From IMG/VR virus record IMGVR_UViG_3300011885_000055: a DNA stretch of 20,000 bases. One strand, given 5' to 3'. A program made the translations under genes and the position numbers. Shown here one piece after another: positions 15,918-20,000 of this stretch. Origin of the DNA: an uncultured virus (IMG/VR IMGVR_UViG_3300011885_000055) (taxonomy: Duplodnaviria > Heunggongvirae > Uroviricota > Caudoviricetes). The notes beneath the pieces were generated by a model. That model saw nothing but the letters and a program-made list of their open reading frames with translations, made no database searches and was not told the DNA's origin. How positions within the stretch are numbered: position 1 is the first letter of the stretch; each line of letters opens with the position of its first letter.

Positions 15918-15992
15918 GGTAATATAAATATACTTTCACGGTATATTTAGGAAATACTTTTCACGTCAATGGAAAGTATTTCCTTTTATTTT
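15918..15992 (+). ncRNA. Putative ~75-nt antisense (countertranscript) RNA
   Basis: Lies between the promoter and a terminator, with no ORF. Stem-loop 1 is TAAATATAC-TTTCACG-GTATATTTA (15925-15949). Stem-loop 2 is AGGAAATACTTTTCA-CGTCAA-TGGAAAGTATTTCCT (15949-15984), followed by TTTATTTT. Confidence 0.65.
15949..15992 (+). terminator. Intrinsic terminator of the antisense RNA
   Basis: 15-bp stem with one U.G pair that forms only on the plus strand, followed by a T-tract on the plus strand. Confidence 0.75.
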
Positions 15993-16279
15993 CATCTTGT
16001 ATTTTCACATTTAGATATTCCTCCACACTTAGTACACTTAGTATTGTATTTTAAAGACCATGTAGAATATCCACAACTTGTACACACCTTTATCCACAAC
16101 ATATCTTTTCTTGTTACTAACTTATAAGTTGCTTGACAAAGCTCTGCTAACTTTTTAAAATTAGTAAATTTACTAAAATTAATATTATTCAATTTGATAT
16201 CATCCGTTACTATATTTAATATTTCATTAAACTCATCTTTGGTTGTATTTGCTGATAGATAATTTAAAAGCTCTATCAT
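15992..16279 (-). CDS. Hypothetical protein with a C-terminal zinc ribbon
   Basis: CTSC...CTKC; AAGGAGGG SD. Confidence 0.75.
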   Translation of the reverse strand: MIELLNYLSANTTKDEFNEILNIVTDDIKLNNINFSKFTNFKKLAELCQATYKLVTRKDMLWIKVCTSCGYSTWSLKYNTKCTKCGGISKCENTR

Positions 16280-16303
16280 AGTTCATCCCTCCTTGAAATA
16301 AAT

Positions 16304-16669
16304 TTAATGAAAATATTCTGTAAGTTTTTCACACATTGCTTTTATGGAATCATAAACCTCTACTTTGTTATATTTAGAACTATTGATTTTAACATCAATT
16401 TTTATAGCTTCTGATGAATCAATTACCGTACTATCTTCTAGCATGGCCATTCCATCATTAATTGCTCCTACTAAAGAAATCTGAGTTGGATATATATCGC
16501 AAAGCTGCTCATGAGCTTTACTCTCTTGAACAGCTTGTTTTAATATTTCTATTGCTACATCTAATGCTTTGATATCTTCTTCCTTAGTTTCAATACTTTC
16601 ATATTCTTTGTATAAATCTTTAAGAACATGCAAATGCTCCATAGCTTCTTTTGCATAATTATTATTCAT
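16304..16669 (-). CDS. Hypothetical early protein
   Basis: 121-aa acidic ORF with an AAGGGAG SD, overlapping the upstream gene's stop. Confidence 0.75.
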   Translation of the reverse strand: MNNNYAKEAMEHLHVLKDLYKEYESIETKEEDIKALDVAIEILKQAVQESKAHEQLCDIYPTQISLVGAINDGMAMLEDSTVIDSSEAIKIDVKINSSKYNKVEVYDSIKAMCEKLTEYFH

Positions 16670-16874
16670 CCTTATTCTCCCTTTTTAAAAGTTCATATAT
16701 CTTGATGCCTTCATCCATACCAGGAGAATTTTCAACATACTTAAGCTTATATTTTTCAAAGTAAATATATCCTACTGGAACATTATTCTTATTACATATA
16801 AATGCAACATTAGGTTCCATCTTGCTCAAGCTACATCTTAATGATCCAAACTCTCCAGTTATTCTAATTTCCAT
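16662..16874 (-). CDS. Hypothetical early protein
   Basis: 70-aa ORF in the early operon with an AAGGAG SD upstream. Confidence 0.65.
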   Translation of the reverse strand: MEIRITGEFGSLRCSLSKMEPNVAFICNKNNVPVGYIYFEKYKLKYVENSPGMDEGIKIYELLKRENKDE

Positions 16875-16890
16875 TCTTACTCACAACTCC

Positions 16891-17088
16891 TTATAAATTT
16901 ATATAAACAATGTTGTCCAATGCTTCTCTAATTAAATTTCCTAAAACTGAATCGTTAAAAAATTTAATCTTATACTCTTTTTCTAAAGTGTTTTTTATAG
17001 CACATAAATCAACCTCTTTATTTATTTCTAGTACACTCTCTGTTGCCTGTTGAACTTTTACCTTTATATCTTTAGATATTGTTTTCAT
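16891..17088 (-). CDS. Hypothetical early protein (65 aa)
   Basis: Start moved to the ATG at 17088 (MKTISKDIK) behind an AGGAGGAG SD, overlapping the xis end. Confidence 0.72.
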   Translation of the reverse strand: MKTISKDIKVKVQQATESVLEINKEVDLCAIKNTLEKEYKIKFFNDSVLGNLIREALDNIVYINL

Positions 17089-17305
17089 GTTGCTCCTCCT
17101 TACTAATGTCTCTAATATCCCTAGGATTTGTAATATCCTTTCCTTCATATCTAGATAGAAATTCCTCAAGTGATACTTTCCTAATTTTATAACTTCCTAG
17201 TTTTAATACTGGAAGTAATCCTGCCTTTATAAGTTCATATACATAGGTTTTATTAGTTTTAATTAGCTTTGAAACTTCTGGTACTGTATAAAGAATATCC
17301 TCCAT
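17072..17305 (-). CDS. xis: Excisionase-like HTH (HTH_17) protein
   Basis: LYTVPEVSKLIKTNKTYVYELIKAGLLPVLKLGSYKIRKVSLEEFL, the MerR-like excisionase pattern. Confidence 0.82.
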   Translation of the reverse strand: MEDILYTVPEVSKLIKTNKTYVYELIKAGLLPVLKLGSYKIRKVSLEEFLSRYEGKDITNPRDIRDISKEEQHENNI

Positions 17306-17324
17306 GTTTATACCTCCCCCTTAA

Positions 17325-17534
17325 TTAACATCTCATATTAGATGATTTAAACAATTCCTTAAAATCACATTCCGGAAAAAACTTTTCATGGATTAGCAAT
17401 GCCTCTTCATAAGTAAATGGATATTTTCCGGCAACTTTCAAGTTGAATGTATTATAGGTGCGACCTATTTCTTCTGCTATTTCAGGTTTTTTAATTTTTT
17501 TTCTAGCAATTTCAGCTTCTAAATTGTTATACAT
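17325..17534 (-). CDS. Cro-like XRE HTH regulator
   Basis: MYNNLEAEIARKKIKKPEIAEEIG...KVAGKYPFTYEEA; start moved to the ATG at 17534 behind an AGGAGG SD; divergent from the repressor. Confidence 0.85.
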   Translation of the reverse strand: MYNNLEAEIARKKIKKPEIAEEIGRTYNTFNLKVAGKYPFTYEEALLIHEKFFPECDFKELFKSSNMRC

Positions 17535-17549
17535 ACTATTTCCTCCTCT

Positions 17550-17693
17550 GAACGTTATTTCGTTTGTTACACCCATATTAAACTCTATTTCGTTTATTGT
17601 CAATGATTTTTTATTTGATTTATTAAAAATTCAATCATTTAAAACGAAATTTCATTTAAAATGATTGAAATTTCATTTCTTAAGTGTTATTAT
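17550..17693. promoter_or_regulatory. Lysis/lysogeny switch: divergent promoters and four operators
   Basis: Leftward TTGACA (17603-17598)-17-TAATAT (17580-17575); rightward TTGAAA (17665-17670)-17-TATTAT (17688-17693, extended -10 TG). Four 16-bp variants of the palindrome AAACGAAATTTCGTTT start at 17550, 17580, 17642 and 17663. Confidence 0.8.
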
Positions 17694-17719
17694 ATGTAAT
17701 TAGAGAGGTGAGTTAATTT

Positions 17720-18187
17720 ATGACTAAAACAGAAAAATTAAAAAACATTATATTAAGTAGATATGGAAGTATTAGAGAATTCTCAAAAATTGTTGGAATA
17801 CCAAGCACGACATTAACAAGTGCATTAGATAGAGATATTGGTGGCATGGCTGTAGATAGAGTTATAAAAATATGTGATGTTCTAGATCTTAATGTTAAAA
17901 CTTTCGAACCTTTGGATACACATTCAAAAGAAAGTATTCTATCCAAGGAAGAGTCCATGATACTTTTTAATTTCAATAAACTAAATGATTTAGGAAAAAA
18001 TGAAGCTAATAAAAGAGTTGCTGAGTTAACTGAAATAGCTAAATACTCATATACTCATGAAACCAAGAATAATGATGAATCCTATATTCCTACTACTTTT
18101 GCTGCTCATGATGATAATGATCCTGAAATTGCAAAGCATGATGCAGATGTAGCAAGAAAGTTTTTATCTAAAATTAAAAAGAAATAG
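17720..18187 (+). CDS. Prophage repressor (ImmR/CI-like XRE HTH)
   Basis: N-terminal HTH (SIREFSKIVGIPSTTLTSAL...VIKICDVL) and a C-terminal FAAH motif; no S24 autoprotease domain; followed by ImmA. Confidence 0.88.
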   Translation: MTKTEKLKNIILSRYGSIREFSKIVGIPSTTLTSALDRDIGGMAVDRVIKICDVLDLNVKTFEPLDTHSKESILSKEESMILFNFNKLNDLGKNEANKRVAELTEIAKYSYTHETKNNDESYIPTTFAAHDDNDPEIAKHDADVARKFLSKIKKK

Positions 18188-18210
18188 TTTTACAATTGGG
18201 GTGGGGTTAT

Positions 18211-18687
18211 ATGACACAATATGAAAAAATGGTTGCAACAGCTAATACTTACGGAATAGAAGTCTATGAACTAGAAGAATTTAGAGGTAGGAGCGGCTTT
18301 TATTCCGATAATGTAATAATGCTAAATAAAGATTTAACTGATAAAGAAAAATATTGCATTATGTTTGAAGAATTAGGACATCATTTTACTACTGTTGGAG
18401 ATATATCTGATCAAACTAAAATTGAAAATAGAAAACAAGAAGTGATTGCACGTAGGTGGAGTTATGAAAAAATTATCGGTATAGTAGATTTAATAAATGC
18501 TCATAACAATGGATGCAAAAGCAAATACGAAGTTGCTGAATATTTAAATGTTACAGAAGAGTTGTTAGAAGAAGTTTTAGGTTATTACAAATGTAAATAT
18601 CCTGATTATTTTCAAATTGATAATTACTATCTCATATTTAATAATGGGTTAGAGGTTATAGAAAAAATTCAATTTACCTATAAATAG
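18211..18687 (+). CDS. immA: ImmA/IrrE family metallopeptidase (anti-repressor)
   Basis: GFY...I.LN..L...EK.C...EELGHH...GDI...KQE..AR pattern; between repressor and integrase; ATG at 18211. Confidence 0.9.
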   Translation: MTQYEKMVATANTYGIEVYELEEFRGRSGFYSDNVIMLNKDLTDKEKYCIMFEELGHHFTTVGDISDQTKIENRKQEVIARRWSYEKIIGIVDLINAHNNGCKSKYEVAEYLNVTEELLEEVLGYYKCKYPDYFQIDNYYLIFNNGLEVIEKIQFTYK

Positions 18688-18716
18688 GGGTAACTTTATA
18701 TTTTTTTAAATTCAAT

Positions 18717-18730
18717 AGAACATATATTTG
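18717..18730 (+). promoter_or_regulatory. Possible LexA (DinR) SOS box upstream of the integrase
   Basis: AGAAC-ATAT-ATTTG versus the Firmicutes consensus GAAC-N4-GTTY (one mismatch), about 30 bp before the int start. Confidence 0.4.
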
Positions 18731-18758
18731 TATTTTATAAAAGAAAGGATGATAGTAT

Positions 18759-20000
18759 ATGTCTCAAGTAAACGTTAAAAAACGAGGGACTAAATGGCAA
18801 TATATATTTGAAGGTGCTAAAATCGATGGAAAAAGAAAAAGAATCACGAAGAGTGGATTTAGAACTAAAAAGGAAGCTTTAGAAGCAGGGGTAGCAGCTC
18901 TAGCTGAATATAATAATGCAGGAGCACATTTTGAACCATCTGAAATTTCAGTATCAGATTATATGGACTATTGGTACAAAAATTATACTTTGACCAATTG
19001 TAAATATAATACTCAACAAGGATATGGACGCATAATAAAAAATCATATTAAACCAGCAATAGGACTTTACAAATTAAAATCACTTACACCTTCTATTCTT
19101 CAAGAATTTATAAATGGTAAATATAAAAGCGGGTATTCAAAGAATTATCTTATAAATATGATTACAGTTTTAAGTGGTTCTCTAAAATATGCAGTACACC
19201 CTTGTAAATTTATTAAAGATAATCCAATGCAATATGTAAGATATCCTAAATACGAACATTCAAAGTTAGAAACCAATCATAAACTTATTTCACAAGATGA
19301 TTTTAAAAAGATCATAGATAGATTTCCTTTTGGTTCATCATTTTATATGTCATTGATTTTAGGATACTATACTGGGTGTAGAATTGGTGAGGTTATGGGG
19401 CTAACTTGGGATGATGTTGACTTCAATAATTCTAGTATATATATAAATAAAATTATGTATAAAAGAGATAAATCTATGTGTTTTGGAAGCACTAAAACTT
19501 TATCTTCCGTAAGGACAATTAAAATAAGTAAGACATTAATTAATATCTTAAAGGCCCAAAAGAAATGGCAGATAGAAAATAGGATGAAATATGGTTCTCA
19601 TTATACTCAACAATATATTAAAGAAGAGCATATTGGTAATGAGGTAATTAAAAGATTATATTCCTTCCCTTCATCTTTTGATTTTCCTTTTGAAAAAGTT
19701 AATCTAATTAATACAAAGGAAAATGGTGAAATGATAACACCTGACTCCTTTAAATATGCATCACGAGTTATTCATAATGATTTAGGACTTACATTTAACT
19801 TTCATTCACTTAGACACACTCATGCTACAACTCTTATTGAAAATGGAGCAAATATTAAAGATGTTCAAACAAGACTTGGACATTCTAAAGTTCAGACAAC
19901 ACTTGATACCTATACCCATGCTACTGAAAAAATGGCTGAAGAAACTGTTGAGATATTTGATAAGGCAATAAATGATGATTGTTGCCCAAATAAAATTTAG
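18759..20000 (+). CDS. int: Tyrosine recombinase / phage integrase
   Basis: Arm-binding N-terminus (KRKRITKSGFRTKKEA) and catalytic motifs TGCRIGE, HSLRHTHAT and RLGH...TTLDTYTH. Confidence 0.97.
   Translation: MSQVNVKKRGTKWQYIFEGAKIDGKRKRITKSGFRTKKEALEAGVAALAEYNNAGAHFEPSEISVSDYMDYWYKNYTLTNCKYNTQQGYGRIIKNHIKPAIGLYKLKSLTPSILQEFINGKYKSGYSKNYLINMITVLSGSLKYAVHPCKFIKDNPMQYVRYPKYEHSKLETNHKLISQDDFKKIIDRFPFGSSFYMSLILGYYTGCRIGEVMGLTWDDVDFNNSSIYINKIMYKRDKSMCFGSTKTLSSVRTIKISKTLINILKAQKKWQIENRMKYGSHYTQQYIKEEHIGNEVIKRLYSFPSSFDFPFEKVNLINTKENGEMITPDSFKYASRVIHNDLGLTFNFHSLRHTHATTLIENGANIKDVQTRLGHSKVQTTLDTYTHATEKMAEETVEIFDKAINDDCCPNKI

Larger units (their letters stand above)
1..20000. mobile_element. Temperate long-tailed (siphovirus-type, HK97-like head) prophage or phage genome, partial; probable Clostridium-type host
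   Basis: Gene order is integrase/ImmA/repressor <> cro/xis/early/replication/late regulator/HNH/TerS/TerL/portal/protease/capsid/head-tail/tail/tape measure. The DNA is AT-rich with strong GGAGG/GGGGG Shine-Dalgarno (SD) sites. Confidence 0.97.

Noticed and set aside
1458..17976. Other opposite-strand ORFs (1458..1709, 2644..2832, 4000..4209, 6495..6701, 12678..12935, 15156..15338, 17458..17664, 17713..17976)
   Set aside because: Each overlaps a well-supported gene on the other strand and has the Phe/Leu/Ile/Ser-rich composition typical of shadow frames.
18361..18390. ImmA zinc motif reads EELGHH rather than HExxH
   Set aside because: This EExxH variant is common among phage ImmA/IrrE proteins, so it is not evidence of inactivation or novelty.
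19975..20000. Attachment site or integrase arm site at the int 3' end (GTTGCCCAAA)
   Set aside because: The window ends at the int stop codon and no second copy is visible, so att cannot be supported.

Overview
This low-GC window looks Clostridium-like and holds the integrase-proximal ~20 kb of a temperate HK97/lambda-type long-tailed prophage. On the minus strand, read right to left, it carries cro-like and excisionase genes, small early genes, and an unusual replication module (HUH rolling-circle-type Rep, PcfK/AcrIIA9-like, PcfJ-like, DUF3102, RecU). These are followed by a RinA/ArpU-like late regulator, a two-gene moron, the late promoter, a Zn-ribbon gene, HNH, a likely cos region, TerS, TerL, portal, ClpP protease, capsid, head-tail and tail genes, the G/GT chaperone pair and the 5' part of the tape measure gene. 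The plus strand carries an ImmR-like repressor, an ImmA metallopeptidase and a tyrosine integrase ending at base 20000. The most striking element is the 250-bp leader of the HUH Rep (15738-15992). It contains a candidate nick-site hairpin, a ~75-nt antisense RNA with its own promoter, two stem-loops and terminator, and three mutually exclusive complementary boxes, one covering the Rep start codon. This resembles a plasmid-style antisense-controlled translational attenuator gating rolling-circle replication of a tailed phage. All family assignments come from motif recognition and synteny by eye; no database search was run.
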